A DNA stretch of 32,058 nt from an uncultured Candidatus Saccharibacteria bacterium (GTDB lineage Bacteria; Patescibacteriota; Minisyncoccia; Phycocordibacterales; UBA5272). Below, in pieces: positions 31,403 through 32,058 of this stretch (the stretch's first letter is position 1; every line of letters begins with the position of its first letter). Below the pieces are notes generated by a model that searched no databases, was not told the origin of the DNA, and saw only the letters and a program-made list of their open reading frames with translations. Location of the stretch: positions 1-32,058 of the forward strand of contig CAYJDH010000001.1 of the NCBI GenBank assembly GCA_964368915.1, read 5' to 3'. The position numbers were made by a program, and so were the translations under genes.

Positions 31403-32058
31403 TTAGAAACTGAGACGTATTCTACTGCTGGCTGTTTGGAATATTCTACTCATATGCTCTATTTTTGACGTTATCGTAACGTTGCCAGAGGTGCCCTCGG
31501 GTAATTTGAAAAATCTAACACTATTTGAGTTGTCTGTTTGGGAAACATCATTTATCTCCCATATATATTCTAAGTTTTTGTTTTTGGTATAGTCTGTAGA
31601 AAAGAAAAATGGTTCAGATATTATAGAAAAAGCTTTTGATGATATGTTTTTTTGTCCTACAATTGCTGTTCTCGAGACCGTGTCACCAAATTCGTCACCC
31701 AGAAACATAATTATCTCCGGGTCAAAAGTTCTTATTGTTGTATTTTCTGTTATCTCTTCACTGTTTTCAATGGGAGAAACAGATACAGACACCGGCACGC
31801 TGTCTCCGTACTCATCCAGCATGCGATATGTTAACGTGTCCCTACCAACACCAGATTGTTCCAGTATCGGCTCATCACGCACAGACCAGTTGTATACGAG
31901 CTCTGAAGGTTTTAGTCTTTTGCTACCAGAATATATCTCTGTGTATGCGTATATCTTGGCATAACCACCTTTTGCTACTTCTGCCTTGCCGCCATACCAG
32001 TAGGGCACATAGCTGTCAGCCGCCTCGGTTATCAAAATCAACCTTTTAGGGCTAATTG
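31403..32058 (-). CDS. Hypothetical protein, 5'-truncated by the window edge
   Basis: The frame stays open upstream of the track's TTG (32041) to the window end. No recognisable motifs. Confidence 0.5.
   Translation of the reverse strand, partial: ISPKRLILITEAADSYVPYWYGGKAEVAKGGYAKIYAYTEIYSGSKRLKPSELVYNWSVRDEPILEQSGVGRDTLTYRMLDEYGDSVPVSVSVSPIENSEEITENTTIRTFDPEIIMFLGDEFGDTVSRTAIVGQKNISSKAFSIISEPFFFSTDYTKNKNLEYIWEINDVSQTDNSNSVRFFKLPEGTSGNVTITSKIEHMSRIFQTASSRIRLSF

Noticed and set aside
1-32058. Alternative genetic code (UGA recoding, as in some candidate phyla)
   Set aside because: All conserved genes read through to normal lengths under the standard code. TGA terminates polA, the holA-like gene and ruvC at positions coupled to downstream starts.
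1-32058. CRISPR arrays, rRNA genes, IS elements or prophage
   Set aside because: I saw no short regularly spaced repeats, no rRNA-like sequence, and no transposase, integrase, capsid or terminase-like ORFs on either strand.

Overview
This 32 kb window is an AT-rich bacterial backbone. My hand counts of 60-nt samples give 23% GC at 26101-26160 and 38% at 10261-10320. Conserved genes are compact, which fits a small-genome, CPR/Patescibacteria-like organism; that assignment is inference only. The standard genetic code applies: TGA ends polA, ruvC and the holA-like gene and is absent in-frame from conserved genes. Backbone genes recognised are dnaA-dnaN, rpmH-rnpA-yidC, tsaE-polA-holA-like, ruvA, ruvB-ruvC, mutM, tyrS, rpsT, a murE-like Mur ligase, a class A PBP, a PilB/GspE ATPase and a DUF1295 membrane protein. 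There is also a degenerate pyrophosphatase-like gene, three tRNAs (Ser-UGA, Arg-GCG, Lys-UUU), two large low-GC surface proteins, and a pilin-like/M15 peptidase fusion. Many backbone genes look leaderless, with a -10 hexamer about 6 nt before the ATG. The main anomaly is a compositional mosaic of six minus-strand units of about 60% GC (36/60 at 16081-16140, 36/60 at 7321-7380, 38/60 at 1021-1080). They lie at 209-1540, 7140-7846 and as four in tandem across 15499-18477. Each unit has a TTGACA-N16/17-TAnnnT promoter, a roughly 40-110 nt leader, a GGAG-type ribosome-binding site, G/C-ending codons and its own hairpin terminator. Five of the six primary products carry an N-terminal signal peptide or lipobox, and the sixth has an internal TM segment (no signal peptide). 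I recognise none of these products. I saw no integrase, transposase, CRISPR array or rRNA. Other leads are a 19-bp duplicate of the tRNA-Ser 3' end, a 155-bp element closed by 22-bp inverted repeats between pilB and ruvB, a probable oriC between dnaA and dnaN, and two orphan perfect DnaA boxes.
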